Positions 20,473 to 31,055 of a DNA stretch of 64,000 nt are shown one piece after another. Below the pieces are notes generated by a model, which did not search any database, was not told where the DNA came from, and worked only from the letters and a program-made list of their open reading frames with translations. The first letter of the stretch is position 1; every line of letters begins with the position of its first letter. The translations under genes and the position numbers were made by a program. This stretch comes from a candidate division FCPU426 bacterium (GTDB lineage: Bacteria > Oederibacteriota > Muellerivitia > Muellerivitales > Muellerivitaceae). Location: NCBI GenBank assembly GCA_963738405.1, contig CAVTWJ010000023.1, positions 32,001-96,000 on the forward strand, given 5' to 3'.

Positions 20473-21381
20473 TCAGGCTACCGACTTGTCGGGCGTAGCC
20501 TCGACCAAGCCGGATTCAACGAATTCCGTTTTCAAGATGAAGTCCATCGCGGCCTGGGCCTTGGCGGCGGCTGTGAAGATGGCCCGCTTGTGGTCCTTCA
20601 AAACCTGAATCCAGTCCCCGATATAGTTGGAATGCCGGGTGGCGTAGGGGATTCCCACGGAGGCGCAAAGGAAGGCGGCTCCCATTTCGGCAACCAGTTC
20701 CTCGAAAGCGTAGGCCTGGTCCCCGTAGCGCTTCCCGAATTCCCGGTTGAGGCGGTGGCTCGCGCCGGTCCAATGGCAAACCTCGTGGTAAGCGACGCCA
20801 AAAAAAGCGTCGCGGCTCTCGAAGCTCTCTTTCAAGGGAAGGGTGATGAAGTCCGTCTTGCGGTCATAAAAGGCCTGGTCAACGGGTGCGAGAATTATTT
20901 CCGCTCCCGAATCCGTCAATATTCCTTCGGCCTCCTCCAGGGTCTGGAATGGCTCGACGGTTTCCGCCTTCGGTTTCAGGTGGTCCAATCCCTCCACTTG
21001 GTCCAGGTTGAAAACCGTATAGGTCCGGAGAACCCAAAAGGATTGTTCCTCAAGCAAGACCTCATCTTCCAGGTTGAGGCTCTTGGTCTTGGAAAGCTTC
21101 TTGTAGAAAACCACGTCGGTCCCCTTCTCGCCCTTCCTGACGTTTCCCTTCAAGGCCTTGGCCTGGTTGAAGGTGATCCAGGCTGGGGATGAAAACCCCT
21201 TTTCTATTTGTTGGTGCCACAAACAAAATGTGTTTATACCCCTGTACCGCTTCTGGGTGCTGGCGTTCACCGGGAGGGGTAAGCCCTTCCCGTGTTTCCA
21301 GGGTTTCTCCCAGGGTGTGACGCCCTTTTCCAGGTCTTCCAAAATCCGGTTTGTGATTTCCTCGGCGATATTCCTCTTCAT
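20473..21381 (-). CDS. ardC: ArdC antirestriction protein (ssDNA-binding plus zincin-like domain)
   Basis: PWEKPW, YRGIN, WITFNQA, VRKGEKG, VFNLDQ, HEVCHWTG..RLNR, YAFEELVAEMGAAFL. Confidence 0.9.
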   Translation of the reverse strand: MKRNIAEEITNRILEDLEKGVTPWEKPWKHGKGLPLPVNASTQKRYRGINTFCLWHQQIEKGFSSPAWITFNQAKALKGNVRKGEKGTDVVFYKKLSKTKSLNLEDEVLLEEQSFWVLRTYTVFNLDQVEGLDHLKPKAETVEPFQTLEEAEGILTDSGAEIILAPVDQAFYDRKTDFITLPLKESFESRDAFFGVAYHEVCHWTGASHRLNREFGKRYGDQAYAFEELVAEMGAAFLCASVGIPYATRHSNYIGDWIQVLKDHKRAIFTAAAKAQAAMDFILKTEFVESGLVEATPDKSVA

Positions 21382-21400
21382 GGTTCTGCCTCCTTAGTTT

Positions 21401-21634
21401 TTAGGTGAGTGAATGAATTAGTTTTTGAACCTCCAAAAGCTGTAAAGGGTCCAGGGCGCATCCAATCGCCCCTAAAAATTCGCCCTCGGTTAGGCCGTCT
21501 TTCACGTCCACCATGGAAAGGGTTTCCTGGTCTTCGATCTCGTAGAAAAAGAGCCCTTCCGAATCCTTCCCAAAGTGGATTTCGTACCTCTCCAAGGCCT
21601 TGAACTTCATGACTTCAAAAGCTGGATGCGCCAT
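21401..21634 (-). CDS. Hypothetical protein
   Basis: AAGGAGG RBS; operonic with ardC. Confidence 0.6.
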   Translation of the reverse strand: MAHPAFEVMKFKALERYEIHFGKDSEGLFFYEIEDQETLSMVDVKDGLTEGEFLGAIGCALDPLQLLEVQKLIHSLT

Positions 21635-21643
21635 AACCCCTCC

Positions 21644-21784
21644 TTAAAACCCCCAACCTTCCTCAAGCTTCCGGATGACCCGGTCGATCTCTTCATCCGG
21701 CACGGGCCAGCTTTGGGCCTTCGGCTCCTCGGCCTGACTCCCCTCCGGTTTTCTTTCCTGTTTCGTGTCCTGTTCCATTTCCAT
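21644..21784 (-). CDS. 46-aa hypothetical protein, first gene of the ardC operon
   Basis: Below the track cutoff: MEMEQDTKQERKPEGSQAEEPKAQSWPVPDEEIDRVIRKLEEGWGF; GGGAG RBS. Confidence 0.5.
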   Translation of the reverse strand: MEMEQDTKQERKPEGSQAEEPKAQSWPVPDEEIDRVIRKLEEGWGF

Positions 21785-23770
21785 CACTCCCTTTCTTTTC
21801 TTAGTTTTTTTTGATGGCTATTCGCCTTTCAAAAAACCGCCTTCCACCTCCCCCCCTCAAAAACAGAGGGGGGGAGGGGAAGGCCATAGCGGGAGTTTTG
21901 GGAGTTCGTGCGGGAAAGCGTCCTGAGACTTCGGGAGGGAAAAACAAAGCAAGGCCACCCTTTACTTTTGTGACAGCCGCGCCTTTCGGCTGGCGCAAAA
22001 GTTGCCGTGCAAGGGGGGCCGTGTGCGAAGGAATACCGTCATTGGGCCTCGGGACGAACTCCCGAAACCATCCATCGCCCAATCACCTGGACCTATTGAC
22101 CCTCTATGTCTGCTTTATGGGTTTACTGCTGAACTTCAGGAAGGAATAACCACTCAGATCCATCATGAGACCAAAAACCGCTTAACTCTCTACCACCACC
22201 GAATCCAGGCACGGTTCTTTTGGGAATCCCCGATACCCGAAGTGCCGGGAGCCTTCGGATTTTTCGAAGGCGGGGACGAAGTCCTTTCAAAAATGGGAAA
22301 CCGAGGGGGTATCACTTTTCTTACCCCGAAATTTTCCATTTTTGAAACGGCCCTGAGGACTCGCTCCCTCCCATCCATTTATCGGCGGCGTGCCAGGGCG
22401 GCATTTTTAGTTCGCCCAGGCGTGCCGCCGCCTTTGTGGGAGTGCCAATCCGAAAGCCCCCTCCCCGGCATGTAGCCTCCAAAATTCCATTCCCCGAAGG
22501 GCTCCAATACTTTGGCGGGATAGCATGACGGGGAGGGGGCTTTTGGCTTGGTGGGGTCCCCAAAGGAAAATGGATGGGAAATGACAGCTACCACTCCAAT
22601 CCCCCACCTCCGGTTTTAAGGGGCAATCCAAAAGGGGGGTACTTCCCCGTTTTGGTTAGGGGCTAGGGGGCGAAAGCCACCGGGGATAGGGGTGGATTGA
22701 AATCATCCTGCGGGTTTTGCAGGATATTTCAATCCAGGGGGAAGGCCCACGAAAAAGGGACGCCGTTCCCCTTTTTCGTTCCCCCTTTAAACAATCTTCT
22801 AAGTCTTGAGTGATGTTCTTCCGGCTGTCTTTTGTGATGTCTTCCAGGCTGTCTTTATCCGCTATGTACCCTACTCCGTCTTTGGTTACCCCGGCCTTTA
22901 AACGGCTCCCTATCCTGTTCCCCACCGGATCAAAAAAAAATGGGGCTTCCTGGTGGTTTCCCAGGAAGCCCCATTACCATGTTTCTTCGCCTTGTTTTTA
23001 CCCCGTCCAATTCAAAATTACCACCACTTCCACCTGCAACGGTCTGCTTTACCTGCTCTCCCTTTGGCTCCTGCTACCACCTCCTCCTGACCACACCCCC
23101 AAGCCGTTACCACCTCAGACACCCACCTACCAACCACTTCATCAGCTACGTTTTGCTTTACCTAATCCCCCCCGCCACCTACTTCAATCACAAGCTTTTC
23201 CAGCACCCCATCAATTACCACCACCACTTCAATCTCAACCTCCCACTTCTATTCTCACTGTTGTCTTTCTTTCTTGTTATCTCTTCATCTACTCATCAAG
23301 TAAGTTTTTATGGTTTATTAAGGTTTTCTCATGCGGAGAGGGCGAACCCCCCTATCGTTTCTAGCATCATCACTTGATGCGTAGATAGGGGGGTTCGCCA
23401 TCGGAGCATGAGGAAACAGGCCCAAACAAACCAAAAACTTCAAATTTCCATTTCCATGGCGCGGAAATGCCATTTCCATGGGCTGGCCTTTTTATCATTA
23501 CCCACAAACAACCAGCGCCCTACGCTGGCCGGTTGGCGCTTTCAATTCCCTTTTGTTTTCGCCACTGATTTTTTCCAGCCTCTTTCCATCGGTTCTCTTT
23601 TGGTTTGGTTTTTCCAATTAAAAAGCCTGAAGCAAAGTTCCCATGGAAATAAAATCCCACCTGAAAATGCCCCCAAGCAGGCAGGTTCAAAATATAAAAT
23701 GGCCCCAATAAAGCCGGAATCTTAAAATTTCCATTTCCATGGCGTGGAAATGGTATCCCACTGGCTCGGG

Positions 23771-24232
23771 TCATTTATCCGAGGCTACCCTGGCAATCGG
23801 CAGGTCCCTAAGCCGGGTCGTGTAGTGCGGGGACTGCCTCCCGAATCTCGTCAACCACCTCTGGTTGATCCCCACCGAGGCAATGCGGATGGTTCCCGCC
23901 CCCTTGACCTCGTTCAACTGGTCGATGGTTCTCATCAAGACCGGCCTTCGGGCGTCCTCCGGGTGGATGAACAAATGCCCCTGGACGGCGTCTTCGGGTT
24001 CCAGTTTGTCGGCGTTCAACCCTATCCTCTTGTACCGGTAGCCCTTCCGGTAAAGGCTTTCCACCACGGCCACTACGTAACGGATCAGGGTCGAAGTGTC
24101 GTTGGTGGCCACCGGGAAAACCACCGTCCGGGCATCCCCGTACTGGGGGTCATGGCCGAAAGGGTTGGTCTGAATCCGGACAGTCAGTTCCTTACCGATC
24201 GTCAATTTCATTGGGTGGCGTACTGTAACCAT
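23771..24232 (-). pseudogene. C-terminal fragment of a UmuC-like Y-family polymerase (little finger + DUF4113)
   Basis: LTVRIQTNPF, YRKGYRYKRIG, QGHLF clamp-like motif, LMRTIDQLN..G.GTI, SPHYTT; catalytic N-terminus absent. Confidence 0.75.
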
Positions 24233-25532
24233 ACCGTTCGTTTATTTCTATTTCTTCTCTAATTGATTTTCGAGCTTCGTCCTTTCTACCCAATTCGATC
24301 AAAGAGCCCACACGACAACTCAAACTCTGGGCGAGTAACGGCTTATAGCCCTTGACTAGGCTTGCGAGGTGACGACTCACTTGAGTCGCTTCCTCAGCCG
24401 CATCTAACGCTTCCACTTTCCGGCCTAAGTTGATAAGAAGCTTGGATAGAAGATTCAATCCTACCGGCAGAGCGGGTTGATAAAGATCGGGGTCTTGATC
24501 GGCCAAACGCCTTCTAATTTCAACCGATTCAAAAGCAATGGGCAATGCTTCCTCAAATTTTTCCAATCCACGCAAACAATTCCCCAAGTAATTTAGGCTT
24601 TTGGCTAAAGGGGCCGAATAGGTAGTGGGCTCCCATTTGGCTAAAAGACGGTAACAGGCCAAGGATTCTCGAAGAGATTTTAGTTCTTCATCCTTACGTT
24701 CCATGCATTCGTAAACCTGGGATTGATAGAACAGAGCATAGGCTAGATCCGCGCGGTGATCCCAAGGAGCCGCCAGGGTCAGGTGTCGCAAAAGCCCAAC
24801 CGCTTCCAGGATCGACCGATGAGCCTCCTCGAGCCGGCTTAAATTCCCCAGTACATGACTTTTCCAGAGTAAGCTTAAAGCCAGCTTAGAAACGTCTTTT
24901 GATTCCGAGGGTTGGGCCGCGCGGAGAAACCGCTCCCCTTCCTCAAACGCCTCAAGAGCTTGAGTATAACGGTTAGAGTGAAACTGTAATTTGCCTAAGG
25001 TATATAAAGACCTTCCCAGAAGCATTCGTGTTTTTTCAGGTTTCTTGGGCATGAGGACTCGAAAGATCTCCACCGCTTCCCTACTGGCGGAAGCCGACTC
25101 ATCCCACCGACCTACATCTGAGTAATTTTGAGTGATTTCCATTAAAGCAATCCCCAACGCTGAAGCATATTGATCTGGGTTTCGTTGGGCCAACTGGCGA
25201 AACAAATAAACGGTCTCTTCCATGGCCTCTAAAGCGTCGGCTTCTCTCCCCCCCAGATCCTCCAAACCGACAGCAAGGTTATTGAGGCTTTTGGCGAGAT
25301 CCGCCAAGCGATCTTCCGATCCGGATTTGGCCAAATGTCTCAAAAGTCCCACCGATTCTTCGGTCGCCTGGATGGCTAGTTCGGTATGGTTCAACTCACC
25401 CAAACATCGACCTAAACTTCTTAGGCTCAAAGCGAGTTCAAGAACATTTTCAGAAGTATGAGACTCTACCAAGGCCCGATATTTCTCAACCTGGGCCTGG
25501 GCTTCCAAAAGATCAACTTTTTTCTTAGCCAT
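24192..25532 (-). CDS. Tetratricopeptide-repeat protein
   Basis: Repeated LAKSLNNL...EA...EAV...R.LA units. Confidence 0.85.
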   Translation of the reverse strand: MAKKKVDLLEAQAQVEKYRALVESHTSENVLELALSLRSLGRCLGELNHTELAIQATEESVGLLRHLAKSGSEDRLADLAKSLNNLAVGLEDLGGREADALEAMEETVYLFRQLAQRNPDQYASALGIALMEITQNYSDVGRWDESASASREAVEIFRVLMPKKPEKTRMLLGRSLYTLGKLQFHSNRYTQALEAFEEGERFLRAAQPSESKDVSKLALSLLWKSHVLGNLSRLEEAHRSILEAVGLLRHLTLAAPWDHRADLAYALFYQSQVYECMERKDEELKSLRESLACYRLLAKWEPTTYSAPLAKSLNYLGNCLRGLEKFEEALPIAFESVEIRRRLADQDPDLYQPALPVGLNLLSKLLINLGRKVEALDAAEEATQVSRHLASLVKGYKPLLAQSLSCRVGSLIELGRKDEARKSIREEIEINERYGYSTPPNEIDDR

Positions 25533-25649
25533 ACCAATCACATCCTGAATAAGACTTACGCACCAACATCTATTCAGAGAGGGCCAGTCGATTTTCAACA
25601 TCCCCAGAACAAACGCAATCCGACTTCAACTCTTGCCCTTCTTCTCGGT

Positions 25650-26366
25650 TCAAGCATCTTCCCCACCTAGCTTCTCTTGCCACTTCCCGAAAAATTTCTC
25701 CGCCTTTGAGAAATCACCGTTTGGCCAAACACCCAAACCATCGTAAACTTCCATGCCGTCGCTGTGCCGATTCAATATTTTAAAAGCCTCCAAAGCGTTT
25801 AAGGCTTGGTTCCTATTCCACGGACAATGGATGTGGACCTCATTTTCGCAAAACAAACCTGTCATCAATGTCGGCGGGCATTGAATAAACTCGTCAAAAG
25901 AATCCAATAACTCTTGTGGGGACCGTTTCCTATCTTCTTTAAACCAAACACGCTCATTTTGGTCTGGAATTTCTTTGTATTCGGACGTGTATTTCGCCAA
26001 CAATCCACCGCGAGTAACGTTCCAGGTTAAGATCCATTCTTCATAGGGATGGCAAATGGCAAGACCCTGCATATGTTCGCGTTCGATCTCAAAAAGCCCT
26101 TTCCCGGTCATTCTTCGTACGACATGCAGATCATCAGGTGTGACAGGGGCTTCACCAAAGATCTTCCGCAATTGGCCTTCAGCCTCATCGGAAATGGATC
26201 CAGTCGCCATCCAGTCGATCGGGATCACATCCAAATCCAAGGCCACCGCGAAACGCAATAAATCCCGCATCAAATTCGGGATCTCCTCCACCCTCACGCG
26301 GCCTTTTTTGATGGAGATATCGAATCCCATCAGAAACCCCTTTCTCGTCACAAACCTGGTTCGCAA
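25650..26366 (-). CDS. Hypothetical protein
   Basis: 238-aa ORF, probable start at MGFDISI; no family recognised. Confidence 0.55.
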   Translation of the reverse strand: MRTRFVTRKGFLMGFDISIKKGRVRVEEIPNLMRDLLRFAVALDLDVIPIDWMATGSISDEAEGQLRKIFGEAPVTPDDLHVVRRMTGKGLFEIEREHMQGLAICHPYEEWILTWNVTRGGLLAKYTSEYKEIPDQNERVWFKEDRKRSPQELLDSFDEFIQCPPTLMTGLFCENEVHIHCPWNRNQALNALEAFKILNRHSDGMEVYDGLGVWPNGDFSKAEKFFGKWQEKLGGEDA

Positions 26367-26448
26367 CCACCCAATTCAATTAGCTCATGAAGTCCTCAGG
26401 TATCCAACAACGAAAAAAGCCATTAGATACCTATCTTAGTTTCACGTG

Positions 26449-26631
26449 TCAGTTCCCGCTTTCCTTTTTCGCGTCTTCGACCGCTTTCTTGAGGGTCTTG
26501 TATTCCCCACTATGGTGTTTGCCGTTTTTATGAATGTAGTAACTCGCGCCCCAAATAGAGCTGATCCTTTCGATAACCTCGTACTTACTTGTATCGCTAT
26601 AAAAATTTTCGATCACTTTAAAGTCCGACAT
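26449..26631 (-). CDS. Small hypothetical protein
   Basis: 60 aa, AAAGGG RBS-like sequence, protein-like composition. Confidence 0.45.
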   Translation of the reverse strand: MSDFKVIENFYSDTSKYEVIERISSIWGASYYIHKNGKHHSGEYKTLKKAVEDAKKESGN

Positions 26632-26787
26632 GATATGGACCCCTTTCTTTGGCGTGATGCAATTTCCCCATCCGCAAGATGAATAATAAGTTCGTTGGGT
26701 CGCATTTTGTCTAACCGCAAAATTGCAAATAAGTACGGGAGTAACCGCCGGGGTAGCATCCGGAAAAGAAGAAAGAGAGGAAGCATA

Positions 26788-27429
26788 GTGATCACCGAAA
26801 TGACCAATCTTTGGAAAATACTAAGTCTGGTGCTCACTCTATTATGCATTGGGATGGGGGCGATCAATCTGTTTTGCGGTTATCGATACTACATTTTGTT
26901 GATACTCATTCCCGGTTTTGTGATAGGTGCGTTATCCGGGGGCCTCTTAGGCTATGCGATAGGAGGTCCTTTAGCGGCTCTATTGACCGGAATCATTTTC
27001 ACGCTCGTTGGAGCTTGGATCTCATATCAATCCCACAGTTTCGGAGTTTTTCTGACTGGCGCCACCGGGGGAGGCGTGGTCGGATTGATGCTCGGTTTAT
27101 TGTTCGCGACCCATTTCACCGCCATTTGGATCATACCGTTCATCGCGTTCTTAGGAGTGATCGGCGGCATATTGGCCGTCAGCCTCAACAAGAACATCAT
27201 CATTATCAGCACAGCCCTTCAAGGTGCATTCGCCATGGTTTTCGGTTTGGCCGGTTTGTTGAAATGGTGGGGTATCAGATGGATACTCAATCTGATCCGG
27301 GGCTTCCATTACGCTGAAATGCTCCACATCCTAATATTGCTAACCATACTAAGCATCCTGTTGGCTATTTATGGCGCTTATGTCCAATTCAAATCAGAGA
27401 ATAATTATCAACCCTTGGTTCAATATTGA
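26788..27429 (+). CDS. Multi-pass membrane protein (DUF4203/TMEM198-like)
   Basis: Gly-rich TM helices, FCGYRYY...GF.IG and IIISTALQGA motifs. Confidence 0.65.
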   Translation: MITEMTNLWKILSLVLTLLCIGMGAINLFCGYRYYILLILIPGFVIGALSGGLLGYAIGGPLAALLTGIIFTLVGAWISYQSHSFGVFLTGATGGGVVGLMLGLLFATHFTAIWIIPFIAFLGVIGGILAVSLNKNIIIISTALQGAFAMVFGLAGLLKWWGIRWILNLIRGFHYAEMLHILILLTILSILLAIYGAYVQFKSENNYQPLVQY

Positions 27430-27546
27430 GATTGAGATTTCCCGATTTTTAAACTTACAAACTAACTTAGTGTGTTGGGCAATGATGAGGCTTGATCATT
27501 GCCCTAGCATTGATTCAATTATCCATATTGTGTTGTCGCGGGCCTT

Positions 27547-27981
27547 TTAACCCTTTCGCAGACTCAGGAACATTCTCACAGCACGATACCAATCCTTGGA
27601 TACCCAATCCAGGTCGGGAGGATAAGGGGTCACCACCCGGCAATTCCACTTGGCTTTTTCCAAGGCCGTCTTCATGCCAACCACAGCCTCTCGATTCGCC
27701 GAGTGGAGAATGACTGGGAAGGTGGGTGGTTGGGTCACCAGGTATTCCACAACATCCCATCCCGTGCCTGGCTTCACCAGCACACCCTCCAAGGGTTTGA
27801 CCCGCCCTAAATCATGGTCCAGGGAAATCAACGTGCATTCGGGCAAATGCGCTTTCAGCCACTCGATCAGCTGCGACGCATTGTCGAAGAATAACGGTTT
27901 AAAACCCTCTAAGTCCGATAGGGCGTTGGCCATGGCCCTTTCCCGCTCCGATTCATCTTCCAATATGATCAGGTTTTTCAT
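27547..27981 (-). CDS. Cyclic-phosphate-processing receiver-like (cREC) domain protein
   Basis: ILEDE, LISLDHDLG, GTGWDVVEYL, ILHSAN motifs. Confidence 0.7.
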   Translation of the reverse strand: MKNLIILEDESERERAMANALSDLEGFKPLFFDNASQLIEWLKAHLPECTLISLDHDLGRVKPLEGVLVKPGTGWDVVEYLVTQPPTFPVILHSANREAVVGMKTALEKAKWNCRVVTPYPPDLDWVSKDWYRAVRMFLSLRKG

Positions 27982-28460
27982 TAAAAAACATCCCTTTTGA
28001 GACGGGCTGTTCACCCTATAGAAACAGGTAGTTTGCCTAATTAACCCGTCGATTGGTTAATGAATCATTATATCCATCCACTGTTTTAATCGAGTTTCTT
28101 CCCAACCCAACCCCTATTGACCCATCTACGATCGTTCAAATATTGCAAAGACTGGGTCGAAAAATAATTCTGATATGGTTCTTACCGCCGCTAGTTAATT
28201 TTCGAATGGAAGAAAGGGACACAGCTTGATAACCAAAGATTCCAAAACATCGGTACTGAAAATATTCATTCCCGACTTAGAGCGGACTGGAATAGGCATC
28301 GATCAACCAACGGTTCATAAGCTTACAAGAACGGCATGGTTTATTGCAATTTTACAAATCGGTTCCACTTTGTTTTCGTTGGTAACATCCCTTCGTCGAG
28401 CCGGAGACCCACTCATACAATTTTGCAAAAACTCCGAATCGAAAATAAGCGGATAAGATT

Positions 28461-29333
28461 GTGAATGACGGAAAACAAAAAGGAGACCTCAAGATGAATA
28501 CAAAAACCACCCCCCGGCCAACCCCGTTCATCCGCAATCACGTTTTACGTACCACTCAATCTCATCTAATCACCTTCTTTCATCTTCCTAAACTTTGGCT
28601 CTTCTTCCTGTTCCTATCTTACCTTACCAATGGACAAGCCTTAGCCGTCGAAGGCTCCCAAGCGGTCTATGTCCTTGTGGATTTTACGGCCAGCACAACC
28701 CTTGCCGCGCCGGGTGGGCCCAACAATTACGAAGAGCTTCTTAACTCGGAGATCGACCGCTTGAAACCAGGCGATACGATCCTGATCGGCGAGATCACGG
28801 ATAATTCGTTTGGCCGTTTTTCCGAGATAGCGGACGCGCGCATCCCGACCGAAAACATCTTCACGGACACAACCCGCAAATTCAACTCGAGAGTCAAGCA
28901 GGAAAAAGATGATTTGAGAGCGAAAGTACAGGTCGCTTTCCAAAAACGCCGCCAAGGCATCGGTGTCGCCCAAAGCACTGATCTGTTCGGCTCGCTTGTT
29001 CTGGCCGGGACTTATCTTTCCGCCAAGGACCAGGCGGACAAGAACCGGGAATTGATCGTGTTATCCGACATGTGCGAGGAAAGCGATCTATACAACTTCA
29101 AACGCAAGGCTCTAACGGACCGGTATATCCAGGAGATCCTTCAAAGCGAAAGCCACAGCGGCCTGGCAAGCCTAAACGGTGTCGATGTTTTCGTCAGCGG
29201 GATCTCGGCCGATTGCAGGACAACTCAGGAACGTTTGACCAAGTTCTGGATCGAATACTTCAACAAATGCGGTGCCAGAATCCAACCTTCCCATGTGGTG
29301 CCCTTGCTCAGGAAAGAGGATTTGCCAAGTTAA
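28461..29333 (+). CDS. Exported vWA-like domain protein
   Basis: Hydrophobic signal-like segment; VLVDFTAS, STDLFGSL, LIVLSDM (MIDAS-like elements). Confidence 0.6.
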   Translation: MNDGKQKGDLKMNTKTTPRPTPFIRNHVLRTTQSHLITFFHLPKLWLFFLFLSYLTNGQALAVEGSQAVYVLVDFTASTTLAAPGGPNNYEELLNSEIDRLKPGDTILIGEITDNSFGRFSEIADARIPTENIFTDTTRKFNSRVKQEKDDLRAKVQVAFQKRRQGIGVAQSTDLFGSLVLAGTYLSAKDQADKNRELIVLSDMCEESDLYNFKRKALTDRYIQEILQSESHSGLASLNGVDVFVSGISADCRTTQERLTKFWIEYFNKCGARIQPSHVVPLLRKEDLPS

Positions 29334-29400
29334 GAAGGCTAATAAAAGTAGGAACAAAGGCCTTGGGGCCGGGATCAAAATCTAAAATGGAGGTAGGAAA

Positions 29401-30423
29401 ATGAATCTCATCGTACCGGGTTTCTGGCAAGGCTTAAAAGCATGGTGGGCGGGCCGCCGCGACGGGAAGCTCGGGATACCCTCGCTCAATGACACCACTA
29501 TCTCTCATTCCGAAAAACAGATCAGGCACGGCTTCGTCGCGGGGGCCGAAAACATCAAGAAAGACTTCTTAAAAACGGAAACAAACCTATCCTCTCAAAC
29601 CAAACGGCTTCTCGATCAGGTCAGCCAACGCGAGAAACAAGCCGGGGAGGCAAAAAACATCATTTTAAATATAGGGCGGGAGAACACGGACGCCACTATC
29701 CATCCCCTGACCTATTACGGCCTTACCTTCCTGCTCCTAATACTCGACACTTTCATCAACCAAAAGATGTTCGATTTTTACGACACGGTCATTTTTTCTT
29801 ACGCCTGCGGACTTCTCCTAAGCCTCTACCTTATCGTCATGGCCCATGGCCTGGGTCTGATGATCCGCCGCAAGAAAGATCCCCTGTTGCAGCGCATCTT
29901 TATTGGCATCTTCATTTTCTCCTTGTTCGTCATCTCGATCGTAAGGGCGCACGTCTCTACTCTATCCTCTGCCGACCAGGGCGGCCCTTCCCTGGGGCTT
30001 GGATTTACTATCCCCCTCTTTTTGGTCGTGAACCTCATGAGTTTCGCCGCGACCGTCTTTCTTTCCAAGGAATCCCATGATTCGGAGCCCCTTTTCAACA
30101 AAACATCCGATCGGCTCAAATTGCTCAGCAAGGAAATAGAAGAAGAGAAGAATGCCTTGGCGGAAATCCACGCCCAAAGAAAGTTGAACAAGGAAACAGC
30201 CACCGGGAATCTGAAGATCTGGAACAGCGTTTATCAAAACACCGTGGCCATCTACAGGAACGCCAACATCCGAAAACGCACTGCCCAGAACCGTTCCATT
30301 TCCATTTTCAATACTGAACCCACTTTGCCCGAGATCGATATCCAATATTTGCCGCCATACCCTGAGGAAGAAAACGTGGAAGAAAACACCGGAAGTGTTT
30401 ATTTACTGCGGAAATCCAGTTAA
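29401..30423 (+). CDS. 4-TM membrane protein with flanking coiled coils
   Basis: GGAGG RBS; four hydrophobic segments; heptad-rich N- and C-regions. Confidence 0.7.
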   Translation: MNLIVPGFWQGLKAWWAGRRDGKLGIPSLNDTTISHSEKQIRHGFVAGAENIKKDFLKTETNLSSQTKRLLDQVSQREKQAGEAKNIILNIGRENTDATIHPLTYYGLTFLLLILDTFINQKMFDFYDTVIFSYACGLLLSLYLIVMAHGLGLMIRRKKDPLLQRIFIGIFIFSLFVISIVRAHVSTLSSADQGGPSLGLGFTIPLFLVVNLMSFAATVFLSKESHDSEPLFNKTSDRLKLLSKEIEEEKNALAEIHAQRKLNKETATGNLKIWNSVYQNTVAIYRNANIRKRTAQNRSISIFNTEPTLPEIDIQYLPPYPEEENVEENTGSVYLLRKSS

Positions 30424-30434
30424 AGGGGAAAAAA

Positions 30435-30683
30435 ATGGGTTCAATTGCCATCTGTCTGATTGGTCTTTTTCTTATTTATCATATTTGCGGGAGGATTCTG
30501 GAGTATTTGAAAAAGAAGTTGGTATGGATCCTCGGCGTGGCCTGCTTGATCATCCTTTTCATGGCGATTAGTTCAGGGCCGAAAACCCACGGCAAGCGTA
30601 CCCACCTATATCAAAATTCCAAATTGAAAACCGGCATAAGAACCGACATAAAAAAGCCAAACTTTCGAGCGATGCTCAGTTGA
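30435..30683 (+). CDS. Small membrane protein
   Basis: Two hydrophobic segments; AGGGG RBS; 11 nt after the upstream stop. Confidence 0.5.
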   Translation: MGSIAICLIGLFLIYHICGRILEYLKKKLVWILGVACLIILFMAISSGPKTHGKRTHLYQNSKLKTGIRTDIKKPNFRAMLS

Positions 30684-31055
30684 AACAACCATCCACCCAA
30701 TAAAAAATAAATTAACCCACGCCTCAGTTCTTCTCTAAACACCCCACCAAAAAAAATCCGGTTCTGCCCAGGCACCTACTGCAACGTTATTTCTTTAAAC
30801 GCACATTTTTCCTGCACGTCTTTATCGCTCGTGCGAAAGATTTTGCATATAAATTTTTAATTCCTAAATTGTAACGTGTGGGTCAAACTCCCGAAAAGCA
30901 GGACTGGCGAGCAGAAGCATGAGTATCATTTCCAGCTTTTCGTTTTTGAGAGATCTCATACCCTCAAAAAAAATTCTATCCGCGAATACAGAGATTAAAT
31001 ATCCCTTTCTCTTTTTAATTTTAAAAGTTTTTCTTTGTCATTCATCAAAATCACC

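Noticed and set aside
20212..21192. 326-aa plus-strand ORF and similar long antisense ORFs over hppA, cas, clp and AbiE genes
   Set aside because: Shadow ORFs opposite well-supported genes in GC-rich sequence.
22656..23377. ORFs in the C-rich tract (184 aa, 145 aa, 89 aa)
   Set aside because: Low-complexity P/H/L-rich translations with no RBS or motif; the part of the opposite strand I translated is interrupted by stops.
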